Shown here piece after piece: positions 28,844 to 39,463 of a stretch of 42,490 bases of DNA. This stretch comes from Candidatus Zixiibacteriota bacterium (GTDB lineage Bacteria > Zixibacteria > MSB-5A5 > UBA10806 > 4484-95), in contig JAOZPT010000003.1 of NCBI GenBank assembly GCA_029932605.1, forward strand, positions 1-42,490, in the 5' to 3' direction. Both the position numbers and the translations under genes were made by a program. The notes under the pieces are model-generated. The model searched no databases. It saw only the letters and a program-made list of their open reading frames with translations, and was not told the origin of the DNA. Position 1 is the first letter of the stretch, and the number at the start of each line of letters is the position of its first letter.

Positions 28844-29099
28844 TGCTTTTGCCTCGATTTATTTAATGTTAAACGATAATAAATCAATATCGACTATCAA
28901 AAAAACATTATAACATAATCTTGATTTTTTAAATAATGATTTTTTAATAATAAAAAACAGCTTTTTTAGTCTGTCTTAAAAGTCGAAATATTGAGTTTGG
29001 TAGTTGAGTTACAACTACAGCTTTAGAATTTCAGGTTTCGGTCCTTAAATAATAAGGAGAAGACTCACCATGGCCGTTGAAATAACGAACGCTCAGCTA

Positions 29100-29131
29100 A
29101 ACCGAATTTCAACAGAATTCAATTGCATTAC
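29100..29131 (+). repeat. Second copy of the IS256-remnant terminal sequence
   Basis: aaccgaatttcaacagaattcaattgcattac versus aaccaaatttcaacagaatttgattgcattac (924-955): 29/32 identical, same orientation. Confidence 0.75.
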
Positions 29132-29204
29132 CACCGCATATAAGAAAGGTGGCAGAAAAGATTTCCACCACCAACACTTATTTTTTTATTATCACCAGAA
29201 AAAC

Positions 29205-32129
29205 TTATCTTAATAGAAGCATCTTTTTAGAGCTGGTTCCTTCCTGGTTTTGCAGTCTGACAAAATACAACCCGCTGGCAACATTTATTCCCCTGGTATC
29301 TTTGCCATCCCAGACGATATCGTAAATACCCGGGTTTTCATACTCATCGACAAGCAATCTTACTCTCCGTCCCAGAAGGTCATAGATGTCAATTTTAACA
29401 GCTCCCGGTTTGCCTATGGAGTAACGTATGGATGTGCTCGGATTGAACGGGTTGGGGAAATTGCCGACAAGACCGAAGCTGGTCGGAATAATATCTTTTG
29501 CTCGCTCATCGACATCGGTCATGTTGTAATATTTGAAGATGGCGGCATCGGCTATCTCCTGAAGAGTGCTCAGATTATCTGCCCCTAGTATGGCAAAAGC
29601 TGCTTTGACATTTTCGCCAACAGCTATGTCAAATGGTCCAGTGGTTATCATAATCGAAACGTCCTCCGGGGTTGTAATAGCGGTGTCGGTAAAACCAGCA
29701 TTCATATAGGACCATTTATCAGCCAGAGTGAAATGGGGAGGATAAACCTCGTTTGCGTTTGACAATGCTTTAAATGAAATAGCGCCCTCAGGGTTAAGAA
29801 CCATCATACCCCGGTAGATATTGGTATAGTACTGATAGCCAAGGTTACGGCTTCTGTCAAAATTCGCTTTATCGTTAGCGACATCCCAGGGCATATCCCA
29901 ATCCTCGAAATGAGCAACTCTGACTCCCGTAAGGTCTTCCTGGCCGGTATTGGTAATATCATACTCAGTGATGATATATTTGTCATCCGGTGAATCCGCC
30001 CAAGCATAACTTTTCTGGCTGATCACGATACCCAAAGGTTCAAAAGCGTTTTCATCGTTGAAAACCGATGAATACTCTTGATCAGCAACAGGACCAGGCT
30101 CTAACTGGCCGATATCCGTTAACGGGATAAAATCATCACCAAGTATCTGGTTTTCATCCCGAGCACCGTTAGATACACGGGTGGGGCCATCACCAATTAA
30201 CAGGGCACCCTCAAAGAGATAGTTGGTTGTAAACCTAGGCGTCTTAAACCCTTTACCCACCCAATCTGGATTTAAAGTGGTTGGATACAAACCATACTGA
30301 CCAAAGTTGGACACGGTGAAATCAACATCTCCAATATCATGATTGGCAATACCCGGTTCGCCTAACTGGCCTATGAGAATCTGTATATCATCGGTCGTAG
30401 AATAACCATCACCATAGATCGCCAGCTCAAATGATATCCAGATACCTATGGGAGTATTCTCACTAATAGATATAGCATATGGCTGGGAGGAATTATCCGC
30501 CGAGCTATCCTGTTCTATGTTCCCAAAATAGGCTGAATCCTGAGTTATTGTAGCATTGGGATCGGTAGTCGAAATAATACTATAAACATTATCTACAGAA
30601 GTTCCGGTATTGGTCAAAGTAACAATCAGCTCGATATCATCGCCCGGGTCGGGATAACCATCATTGGGCTCAATGACCTCAAAACCGGTAATCAAAACAT
30701 TGGGATTCTCGAACGGAGGCATCAGGTCCAGAGCATCCCTGACATTGATAATTCCATGGCCATAATCATTATCCTCGCCAGGTGAACCGAGATCTACAGC
30801 TGTCTCCATTAATGCCCATTTTATTGTATCGGGTGTGGCATTTGGATTATATTGTCGTAGAAGAGCTACAGCACCAGCTACATGAGGACAGGCCATAGAA
30901 GTTCCACTCCAGCCATTCCATTGATAACCACCTCCAGGTACAGACGAACGAACATTAACGCCAGGAGCCACAACCTCAGGTTTAATAGTGATATCATCGC
31001 ACTGTGATGGACCTCTTGCCGAAAAATCGGCAATCGGATAACTTGGGGTATGGCCGTTAATAGCCCCCACAGAGAACGTGTTGTACGGGGATGTATTACG
31101 GCTGGCTGGTGCCCAGACGGATCCGTATAACGGGTCTCCATAGAAACGATTACCAGCGGCAAATACTACAACCACGCCGGCTGCCTCACAGCGGTCAATG
31201 AGGGTCCAACAATACTGGGGACAGTTAAAATCATGATAACCCCAGGAATTAGATACGACATCCGGCACATCATCAATAGTTTGTGGATCGCCATCAGGAT
31301 CAGCAATCCACTGGAAAGCTTGTGTGACACTTCCACCATCGACAACCGCTCGAGCGGCTATCCATTGTGCCCCAAAAGCAACACCGATGGTATCACCGGT
31401 GGTTTCACCGAGTCCGGTTAATGTACCCATGGTGTGCGTACCATGACCATCGTTATCGTATGGGAAATCGCTATGAGGATTGGTTGTATCAAGCCAGCAT
31501 TCGTCTGACGGATGGCCGTTATTACCCCGCCAGCGACTATATAAGGCTGGGTGATTGCCAGAAACCCCCGTGTCAATATTTGACACCAAACGCCCCTGTC
31601 CTGTATAACCTAAATCCCACATCTCGGGAGCACCAATCGCCTCAAGTCCTGGCTCAACACCAGAGGTTACAGGTGTATCCGCATTATAGGGGACTGGCTT
31701 AATTAAGTCAGGCTCTTGCCAGATATAAACAACATCGACATCGGAACGCCTGGCCACCTCATATATAACATCCTTTGATAATTGACCTATAACAGCGTTG
31801 GTTATCCAGAAACCTTTATATTCTCCAACCATTCCATCTTGCCTTGCCTGGGCTAAGTAGGCCAGTAAATCAGGTTGTGTTTCAGTAGCGATTTTCTGAA
31901 GAGATGTTATAACATATTGATGTCTTTCCTGGCGTGTTGAATTGGCCATTGTCATCATCTGTTTAAAAGCCGACACATCAAACTGCTCAACCATCATGAT
32001 GACGCATTCAACTTTATCGTGGTCATCCATTTCGGACAAACGTTCATATAACCTGCCATCAATACTTCCAGCAAAAGCGGGACCACAAAAGATAATAATC
32101 AATGTTGCAATCACTAACAGTTTTTTCAT
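29205..32129 (-). CDS. Secreted S8 (subtilisin-like) serine protease with propeptide and C-terminal T9SS-A/FlgD-Ig-like domain
   Basis: Signal peptide ending AFA. Triad 'NIDTG', 'HGTHTMG', 'GTSMACPHVAG' and oxyanion 'AAGN'. C-terminal 'NFPNPFNPST...WDGKD...ASGLYFVRL...KMLLLR'. Confidence 0.92.
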   Translation of the reverse strand: MKKLLVIATLIIIFCGPAFAGSIDGRLYERLSEMDDHDKVECVIMMVEQFDVSAFKQMMTMANSTRQERHQYVITSLQKIATETQPDLLAYLAQARQDGMVGEYKGFWITNAVIGQLSKDVIYEVARRSDVDVVYIWQEPDLIKPVPYNADTPVTSGVEPGLEAIGAPEMWDLGYTGQGRLVSNIDTGVSGNHPALYSRWRGNNGHPSDECWLDTTNPHSDFPYDNDGHGTHTMGTLTGLGETTGDTIGVAFGAQWIAARAVVDGGSVTQAFQWIADPDGDPQTIDDVPDVVSNSWGYHDFNCPQYCWTLIDRCEAAGVVVVFAAGNRFYGDPLYGSVWAPASRNTSPYNTFSVGAINGHTPSYPIADFSARGPSQCDDITIKPEVVAPGVNVRSSVPGGGYQWNGWSGTSMACPHVAGAVALLRQYNPNATPDTIKWALMETAVDLGSPGEDNDYGHGIINVRDALDLMPPFENPNVLITGFEVIEPNDGYPDPGDDIELIVTLTNTGTSVDNVYSIISTTDPNATITQDSAYFGNIEQDSSADNSSQPYAISISENTPIGIWISFELAIYGDGYSTTDDIQILIGQLGEPGIANHDIGDVDFTVSNFGQYGLYPTTLNPDWVGKGFKTPRFTTNYLFEGALLIGDGPTRVSNGARDENQILGDDFIPLTDIGQLEPGPVADQEYSSVFNDENAFEPLGIVISQKSYAWADSPDDKYIITEYDITNTGQEDLTGVRVAHFEDWDMPWDVANDKANFDRSRNLGYQYYTNIYRGMMVLNPEGAISFKALSNANEVYPPHFTLADKWSYMNAGFTDTAITTPEDVSIMITTGPFDIAVGENVKAAFAILGADNLSTLQEIADAAIFKYYNMTDVDERAKDIIPTSFGLVGNFPNPFNPSTSIRYSIGKPGAVKIDIYDLLGRRVRLLVDEYENPGIYDIVWDGKDTRGINVASGLYFVRLQNQEGTSSKKMLLLR

Positions 32130-32512
32130 TGTTTACCTCCAAACATTTGACAAATTTCAGGTCAATATTAAATATAATGTTATTCTTTATTTTGACAACC
32201 ACTATTTTGTCAAAAACATAAAATCAACATTATTATCCTTATCTTTATAATTTCTTCATCAAGATTAAGTAATTGTATATAGGGCACTATCATAACCTTT
32301 GTTTATGTGTGTAGGACGATTTTTACATTTGTTCGCGTTGATGTAAAGATTACAACACCAATCGACCCAAGTCTGATTTTCTGAATATGTTAACAGGATT
32401 TCATCATTTTAGTTTCACGGTTACATCCTGAAACTGCAGAGATAGCAGCGGTTCAACTTTGAAATAACACTAATTTAAAAGGCTTACACGGTTCGCCGAA
32501 TTTTCCTGAGGA

Positions 32513-34327
32513 ATGAAAAATGCAATTTTAAGATATTCGCTGTTGATTGTCTTCATAGCTCTTTTATCTGCCAACCTTGAAGCCAGGTGGATGGATGAGG
32601 TTTTAGTCAATACAGAAACCGCTGGCAAGCAGGCATCAAGAGGTTCCGATTGCCCATGGTCTTTGACCACTGGTCCTGATGGACGGGTCCATGTGGTCTG
32701 GGAGGATCGCCGTGTCGGAAGAGAATTAAATATCTATTACCGCGGCAAGTCACCCTCTCCCGAATGGAACAATTGGGATGAGAACGATGTTAATATTTCT
32801 CCGGTTGATACCACTGTTTTAATGGGGCATCCTTCCGTGGGCATACTACATACAGGTGCTGTAGTATCAGTTTTCGTTGAGGAAAAACCGTTTCGCGGTG
32901 AGCTCCTTGGCTCCATTTTCAATCCGGATTCCTCAAGCTGGGACCAGCCGGAATTTATATCCTTACCGGGAGGATTTCACCTTACATTCACCTCCGCCGG
33001 CTGGCAAACAACCATTGCCACCAATGGCAATCGAGCCATTACATTCTGGCCTTACGTTGGCGAAGAGCCAACTCATTTTCGTAATATTTATTACCGCAGA
33101 TACCTGGACAATAACTGGGAAGAACAGGAAATCCCGCTTGAATTGCCAGAAGTCGGACTTGGTTATGATGCCAAAAACTTATCCTCGGTGTGGGGATACG
33201 AGGACAATGTTTATCTTGTATTTGCTGGTATGCTTGAAGGCTCCGAGATTTTCAGTATTTACTTCGTAAAAATAGACTTCGGCACTGGCCAGTTAGTGGA
33301 ATTTGAGAATATCACCCCAAGTTTTGATTCCAACCAAGAATACCCATATGTATGTTTGCAAAGGGGTGATAATCTGAACCATGATATAGATGATATATAT
33401 GTTGTTTTTCATGGGAACGAAAACGGTGGTACCGTTAAGATGGTCTACAGAAGAGCGGGCATGATGGAATGGTCTGATATATTTTATCCGGGTAACCCAA
33501 ATCAATCAAGCAGTTATCCGTGTATAGCAGCAAATCCCTTTGGAACCATTGAGCTTACTTTCGAACAACCTGGCAACCAGTCGGAAAGCCAGATATACCA
33601 TCAGACGTTTTTCCCCGGAGCCGATACTTTTGGAGCTATTACCCATGTTTCTCAGGGAACACATTTTTCCAAACGGCCCGTTATCGCCTGTGATATCTTC
33701 GGTAACGTTCATATCACATACATCTCCGACAGGCTCCATCCCGATGATCCGGGTAATGAGGAAGTATTTTACCGCATGTTCGATGCTGCTCCACCTCCGC
33801 CAACCAACGTTTACGAGAGCGGCGATACGGTTATCTGGAACTACCCTGAACTCCCCGATTTTGACCATTTCGATGTCTTTCTTATCAGTGATTCAGATAC
33901 CAATTTCATAAGTACAACCTCTGATACTTTCTTTGTCCATAATTTTGGCTCAGAAACAAATCTGGGTATACGGGCGGTTGACCTATACCAGCAATTTTCT
34001 ACAATATCCACCGAGTCAGTTCAGAGAGGAGCGACTCGCTCTCCTATCGCGCCTATGCAAATCACTCTGGGCAAAAACTATCCAAACCCATTCAACAGCT
34101 ACACAATTATACCTGCTTACAGTAATCATGGGAAAACTGCTATCGTGGAAATATACAATCTCCTGGGAGAGCTTGTAAAAAGAGTAAGGATTAAGAACAA
34201 CCAGACCAAGGCCATCTGGGATGGCACCAATCTCTATGCCAAACCAGTAACATCAGGCGTCTATCTCTATAGGGCTGTTTGTAACAACGATTGCTCTGAA
34301 TTCAAGATGATGGTCTTAATCAAATAA
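32513..34327 (+). CDS. Secreted hypothetical protein with repeated beta-rich (propeller-like) motifs and C-terminal sorting domain
   Basis: Signal peptide. Recurrent 'VHVVWED...IYYR', 'YLVF...IYF', 'VHITY...VFYR' motifs. C-terminal 'NYPNPFNSYT...WDGTN...TSGVYLYR'. Confidence 0.75.
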   Translation: MKNAILRYSLLIVFIALLSANLEARWMDEVLVNTETAGKQASRGSDCPWSLTTGPDGRVHVVWEDRRVGRELNIYYRGKSPSPEWNNWDENDVNISPVDTTVLMGHPSVGILHTGAVVSVFVEEKPFRGELLGSIFNPDSSSWDQPEFISLPGGFHLTFTSAGWQTTIATNGNRAITFWPYVGEEPTHFRNIYYRRYLDNNWEEQEIPLELPEVGLGYDAKNLSSVWGYEDNVYLVFAGMLEGSEIFSIYFVKIDFGTGQLVEFENITPSFDSNQEYPYVCLQRGDNLNHDIDDIYVVFHGNENGGTVKMVYRRAGMMEWSDIFYPGNPNQSSSYPCIAANPFGTIELTFEQPGNQSESQIYHQTFFPGADTFGAITHVSQGTHFSKRPVIACDIFGNVHITYISDRLHPDDPGNEEVFYRMFDAAPPPPTNVYESGDTVIWNYPELPDFDHFDVFLISDSDTNFISTTSDTFFVHNFGSETNLGIRAVDLYQQFSTISTESVQRGATRSPIAPMQITLGKNYPNPFNSYTIIPAYSNHGKTAIVEIYNLLGELVKRVRIKNNQTKAIWDGTNLYAKPVTSGVYLYRAVCNNDCSEFKMMVLIK

Positions 34328-34578
34328 ACCCCTAAGTCTGGATATTTAAGTAATTTATTGCTACACATAATATTCCTGCCAGAATCCCTTGTCCATTACT
34401 TGAACAACCCACACAAACAAAAACCCAAGATGCGGTTTGCCTTTCAATTATAATCTTTAAAACACGAAAGCTAAAAATACCTTCGATCTTGTTTTCAATT
34501 TGTTGCATCTAACAAACGTAAGGTCAACTGTACCAAACAATTTTTTAATTTCATATCGTTATAACCGATTTATTAAAT

Positions 34579-35565
34579 GTGGAAATATCTAAGTATACAA
34601 AGATAGATTTAAAGCTTTTACGTACAGATACCGTTTTAGGTTTTGATCTGTATCTCAGAAGCCACCGGAGATATATCCTGTATCGAAGTCACAGGATTCC
34701 TTTCAATGAAAGGGTTAGGCAAAATCTCTTAGGTCATGGTGTAAAATCACTTTATATTCTCACCCGAGATGAAAGTAAGTACAAGTCCTATATCGAAAAC
34801 AACCTGACTGACATTCTCACTGACCCACAGATTAAAATGGATGTGAAACGCCAGGTTGTATATCAAAACAGCCTGAGTATCGCCCGCGATTTAATAGCAA
34901 ATCCGACATCGACAGATACCGTTAAGCGCTCTGCCAGAGCAGTCGAGAATATTGTAGAACTGCATATTAAAGACAAAGAGGGGTTAAAAAAAATCATATA
35001 TTTGATGCCCCAAGATTATAAGATTTATACCCACAGTGCAAATGTTGCAACCTACAGTATAGCCCTGGCAATATCACTGGGTATCTTCAATAAAAAAGAA
35101 ATCTTCGAGCTAGGACTTGGAGCATTTTTACATGATATCGGTAAAAGCCGTATTCCAAGAGAGATTTTAGATAAACCCGGGCATTTGACCCCCGAAGAGT
35201 TCGAGATTGTAAAACGTCATGTCTATCATGGCTGGCACATAGTTAAGGGCAATCCACTTGTTCCCAGGCGGTCGATCCTTCCCATATCATGGCACCACGA
35301 GCGATTGTCGGGAGACGGTTACCCGGGAGGGAAAAGAGGAGATGAGATACCGATTCACGGGCTTATAACAGCTATTGCCGATGCTTTCGATGCCATGACG
35401 ACTAACAGAATCTATCAGAAAGCGCTATCAACCTTTAAAGCGATACAAATCCTGTTAGCCGATGAAAAAAATTACGACCGCAGGATTCTTTTTAAGATGA
35501 TAAAACTTTTAGGACCGGACAAAACGACCGGTATACAACAACAACGGGGCGAGATGGTTAATTGA
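34579..35565 (+). CDS. HD-GYP domain phosphodiesterase
   Basis: 'HSANVA', 'LHDIGK', 'HHERLSGDGYP', 'IADAFDAMTTNRIY'. Confidence 0.9.
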   Translation: MEISKYTKIDLKLLRTDTVLGFDLYLRSHRRYILYRSHRIPFNERVRQNLLGHGVKSLYILTRDESKYKSYIENNLTDILTDPQIKMDVKRQVVYQNSLSIARDLIANPTSTDTVKRSARAVENIVELHIKDKEGLKKIIYLMPQDYKIYTHSANVATYSIALAISLGIFNKKEIFELGLGAFLHDIGKSRIPREILDKPGHLTPEEFEIVKRHVYHGWHIVKGNPLVPRRSILPISWHHERLSGDGYPGGKRGDEIPIHGLITAIADAFDAMTTNRIYQKALSTFKAIQILLADEKNYDRRILFKMIKLLGPDKTTGIQQQRGEMVN

Positions 35566-35636
35566 GACATATACGATAAATCACAATAAGCGACCGGTAA
35601 TATCACAAGATTAATAAACGGATAAAGTGTCGAAAA

Positions 35637-38087
35637 ATGCGGATTAAAAATCAGATAGAAAATATCAATTATAAATATAATAAAACGAAAAAACTCTCAT
35701 TTTTTATAATGACAACATTTGGCTGGATGGTGATATTCGCCCTTATCGTCTTGTCATTATCCTCAATCTATTATCAAAAAAATATCAGAAAAAATTTAAT
35801 CCATCACTGGTCATCAATCGCCAAATTGATAGCCTATGAATATTCGAACAACCAACATCAAACCTTGACGGGAACAAATCTCTTTAATGAAATATCTAAT
35901 TATTTCATCCAGAACAATGATGAACTGATTCAGGTTCAATTAGTGACCAAAAACAACCAGGTAGTATCAAGTGTTGATAGGTTAAACAGAGGCGAAAAAT
36001 ACAATAAAATGGCGGTTGTCAATAAAGCCCTTCTTGGCACATCAGGCAACGATATCTCGTCATATAAAACATCGACTATCCTGACAGTGGCAGAGCCTAT
36101 CTTTATCAATGGTAAATGTTCGGGAGCGTTGGTTTTTGATATCAACTATAGTCTATTCACACAAAAATCACTGGGGCAGGCTCGGATATTATTTTTCCTG
36201 GTCTTAATAATTTTAATCCCCTGGCAGATTGTGCTCGTTTTAATTTATAAGAACAACCAGCAGAATATCTTTGAACATAACCAGCATCTCGAGGCGATGA
36301 GTCTTATTTGGAGGAAAATAGTTAATACAGTTGAACTCGATAAAATCCTTGATGTTACCTTAAGCGAGATACTTAAGATGCTCGGTATGGAGGCTGGCTG
36401 GATATATTTAAAAGACAATAGAACTAAAAAGTTGTATTTGGCGGCCAAGAAAGGGGATACCAGCAACTATTCACCACCTATCAATATAACTTCAACAGCC
36501 AATGCAGACGCAACTGAATCGCCATTGATAGGTGGCGATGTGATGCGCCAGCCTAGAAACAGGTATCATTATTCACAGATGTTTAGGGCCGGTGAGGATA
36601 TCCCATATTGCTACCTGGATATTCCTCTGAATACCAAAAAACATTTTATGGGTATGCTTTCCATTGCCGGTCGTAGGGATAAACCATTTAGAATCGGCGA
36701 GGAGGAATTTATAGTTTCCTTATGCCAGCAGATTGCAATAGCAATCGAAAACGCTCAGCTTTTTGCCAACCTCTCCAAGCAGGCTGTTGAACTCACCTTC
36801 TTGCTCAATACGGCCATGATCTCGGCCTCCTCTTTCAATTTAGGCAGAGTACTCTCAGGGCTATCCAAGGAGATAGTAGAAACAATCAAAGTCTCATTTT
36901 GCAAGATATTTTTATATGAGGAGAAAAAACAGAAACTGTTACTTAAGGCACAGTACCCAAAAACCGGCATCAACCCTGAAAGTAGAAATGGATTTTCCCT
37001 TGATGAGACGCCTGCTCATAAGCTAACGTTACTTTCGGGCCAACCCCAACTATTAGATGAAAACAATCTTCCAGATTTTGCCGGAATAAAAGAGCAAAGG
37101 TTCATTTTTGCTCCAAAAACAAAATCGATTTTGATAGTGCCTCTTAAAGTAGCAAGAAACACTTTAGGTTGTCTTACAATAGGTGATACGAACCACAAGC
37201 GCATTAAGCAGGAAGATGTCAACCTCTGCACAACAATGGCCTCTCAAATCTCCCTTTCCATAGGTAATGCTAAATTATATTCCGACCTCAAACAGGCCTA
37301 CACCGAGTTGAAAGAGACCCAGAACAAGCTCATTCAGACCGAGAGGCTAAGAGCTCTTGGCGAAATGTCCACCGGCATAGCTCATGATTTTAACAATGTC
37401 CTTTCTATCATATCCGGTCGAATCGAGCTCTTAGAAAAAGTGAAACCCGAACCTGATATTTTAAAACATATAAGTATAATGAAAAAGGCTACCGATGATG
37501 GCACAGCCATCATTAAAAGGATCCGTAACTTCTCCCGTCTGGATAGGTCTTTCAATTTCCAGGTTATCGAGACCGCCAGGATAGTCAAAGAGTCCATCGA
37601 TATGGCAGAAAACCTTCCCCAGCTTCGCAAAAAAGGAAAAATTAAAATCAAAGCCCTTCTGGACGAGTCCTGTCAGATCCTTGCAGATCCAGTAGAGATT
37701 CGGGAAGTGATGATTAACATGATTATGAACGCTATTGATGCTATGCCCGATGGCGGTACCATAACCATTCAGATTAAAGTAGATGACAATCACAGCTATA
37801 TAATCATCAAAGATAATGGTATTGGTATGGATGAAAAAACCGCCTCCAGAGTCTTTGAACCATTTTTTACAACGAAAGGTGAAAAGGGGTCGGGGATGGG
37901 ATTGTCTGTTGCTTACGGTATCATTTCCTCTCATAATGGCACTATCGATGTCAATAGCCAGCCCGGGAAAGGGACGGTTTTCACCATAAAGATTCCTTTA
38001 TCAGACCCCTCCCAAACGGTTATTTATGATGCAAATTTAACCCAAAAGCCCAAAACCGATTCAATAACGGTAAACGCAAAGAATTAA
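35637..38087 (+). CDS. Membrane sensor histidine kinase with two GAF domains
   Basis: Two TM segments around a periplasmic domain. GAF signatures 'QIAIAIENAQLF' and 'QISLSIGNAKLY', H-box 'IAHDFNNVL', ATPase 'NAIDAM...DNGIGM...FEPFFTTK...GMGLS'. No receiver domain. Confidence 0.9.
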   Translation: MRIKNQIENINYKYNKTKKLSFFIMTTFGWMVIFALIVLSLSSIYYQKNIRKNLIHHWSSIAKLIAYEYSNNQHQTLTGTNLFNEISNYFIQNNDELIQVQLVTKNNQVVSSVDRLNRGEKYNKMAVVNKALLGTSGNDISSYKTSTILTVAEPIFINGKCSGALVFDINYSLFTQKSLGQARILFFLVLIILIPWQIVLVLIYKNNQQNIFEHNQHLEAMSLIWRKIVNTVELDKILDVTLSEILKMLGMEAGWIYLKDNRTKKLYLAAKKGDTSNYSPPINITSTANADATESPLIGGDVMRQPRNRYHYSQMFRAGEDIPYCYLDIPLNTKKHFMGMLSIAGRRDKPFRIGEEEFIVSLCQQIAIAIENAQLFANLSKQAVELTFLLNTAMISASSFNLGRVLSGLSKEIVETIKVSFCKIFLYEEKKQKLLLKAQYPKTGINPESRNGFSLDETPAHKLTLLSGQPQLLDENNLPDFAGIKEQRFIFAPKTKSILIVPLKVARNTLGCLTIGDTNHKRIKQEDVNLCTTMASQISLSIGNAKLYSDLKQAYTELKETQNKLIQTERLRALGEMSTGIAHDFNNVLSIISGRIELLEKVKPEPDILKHISIMKKATDDGTAIIKRIRNFSRLDRSFNFQVIETARIVKESIDMAENLPQLRKKGKIKIKALLDESCQILADPVEIREVMINMIMNAIDAMPDGGTITIQIKVDDNHSYIIIKDNGIGMDEKTASRVFEPFFTTKGEKGSGMGLSVAYGIISSHNGTIDVNSQPGKGTVFTIKIPLSDPSQTVIYDANLTQKPKTDSITVNAKN

Positions 38088-38111
38088 CAGGATTCCCTGT
38101 TCAAAAAATTC

Positions 38112-38144
38112 AAAAAGGCGGGAGATAAACTACCCGCCTATTTT
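38112..38144. terminator. Bidirectional Rho-independent terminator
   Basis: A-run + AGGCGGG-loop-CCCGCCT + ATTTT between the converging kinase and lipoprotein genes. Confidence 0.7.
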
Positions 38145-38199
38145 ATTCAACGTAATATGTATTATCCGAATTACATTGCTCGTATTAAACCCTCGGTTT

Positions 38200-38727
38200 T
38201 CAATTTCCAACAGTCAATGTGACAACAATCTGTCCAATTATATTGATATCAAATGGAATATCGCTTGCCAGTCCGTATACGGCAAAGGCTCCCACATCCA
38301 TAACCAAATTTTCCAAGTAATCAACGTTTTCCATGTATTGAAAACTGTCATTCCAGTCAATTAATAATGAGTCATCTCCGGGTATTTCCGGGGAGACAAA
38401 GATTCTGGTAGCATGGGCCCTTACCGTATCGGGAATAGAGTAATCGTAAGTTGTATCGGTATCCACCCAGATCTCGGCATAGACTGGTGATGTGGTATTA
38501 TTATAAATCCAGGCAACCAAGCTTATGGCATCAACATTTTTAATTTTGTCCTTATGTTCTAAGTAATCTTCGTTTGCGTTAAGGTCAAGCCAATATAGGC
38601 TAACATCATCACTGGTTGTAACCCCTATATCTATATCTTCCACAATGGTCATCTGGCTCGTTAACAGGCATCCGGTTATCCCCAATCCTATAACAGCAAT
38701 TAATCCCATCAGAATATAATTTTTCAT
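38200..38727 (-). CDS. Hypothetical lipoprotein
   Basis: Short signal peptide with lipobox-like 'ITGC', acidic beta-rich body, GGAGG SD. Confidence 0.7.
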   Translation of the reverse strand: MKNYILMGLIAVIGLGITGCLLTSQMTIVEDIDIGVTTSDDVSLYWLDLNANEDYLEHKDKIKNVDAISLVAWIYNNTTSPVYAEIWVDTDTTYDYSIPDTVRAHATRIFVSPEIPGDDSLLIDWNDSFQYMENVDYLENLVMDVGAFAVYGLASDIPFDINIIGQIVVTLTVGN

Positions 38728-38742
38728 AATTCACCTCCCGAA

Positions 38743-39312
38743 TTACATAGGCCCCAGGCCGATATGGTAATTTATACCAACGAACCAGAGAAAGCTTTTC
38801 CAGGAACCGCTTTCACCGGTTGGGGCAACCTCTATTAAAGCTCTTCCTTCAATACCCACTTTCATGGGCAGGACAAGTTCAACACCTGGTCCTACGGCAA
38901 AAGCGGTTTTTGAGATTTCATCCTGGTTGTCGCGTTTCCACTTGTAGGTACCATAACTTCCCATAAAGTAAAAATTCAATCCTGGCATACCACCAGCCTT
39001 ACCAAAGTAAGCATCAAGGCCAATCGAGGTGACATCACCACCATCTTTTTCATCCGTAAATTCCTGTGGTGTACCCTCAAAGAAAGTCTGTGAGGGATTA
39101 CCATATCCTCTTGATTGATAATGACCGCCGATAGATAATCCCGGTATCAATGATACTCGCGCCTGAAATCCATACAAAGCACCACTCTCAGCATCATCAT
39201 TAGCCAAGGGCACAGCCATACCGAAATACGGGCCAACCGTAATGTCACCGATGGCAAAAGCGCTTGGAACCATCATGGCTACGACAAATAATACGGCTAG
39301 TTGTGTTTTCAT
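38743..39312 (-). CDS. Outer-membrane beta-barrel-like protein
   Basis: Signal peptide ending AFA, about 8 alternating amphipathic strands, terminal strand 'WFVGINYHI'. Confidence 0.65.
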   Translation of the reverse strand: MKTQLAVLFVVAMMVPSAFAIGDITVGPYFGMAVPLANDDAESGALYGFQARVSLIPGLSIGGHYQSRGYGNPSQTFFEGTPQEFTDEKDGGDVTSIGLDAYFGKAGGMPGLNFYFMGSYGTYKWKRDNQDEISKTAFAVGPGVELVLPMKVGIEGRALIEVAPTGESGSWKSFLWFVGINYHIGLGPM

Positions 39313-39463
39313 TTATTCTCCTCATCGTTGGGTTAATTGGTCCATTTCACCGCTATTAAAAATTTTCTGATGTCAAAGGTGCTATTAAGAAATCAACCAT
39401 ATTATTAACATACATGTTCCCATAATCAAATCCCAGAATATATCCACATCCCGATTTTATATA

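Noticed and set aside
924..29131. A 28-kb composite transposon bounded by the two IS-end copies
   Set aside because: The ends are in the same orientation, the transposase is a fragment, no target-site duplication was seen, and the interval includes the housekeeping gene glnS.
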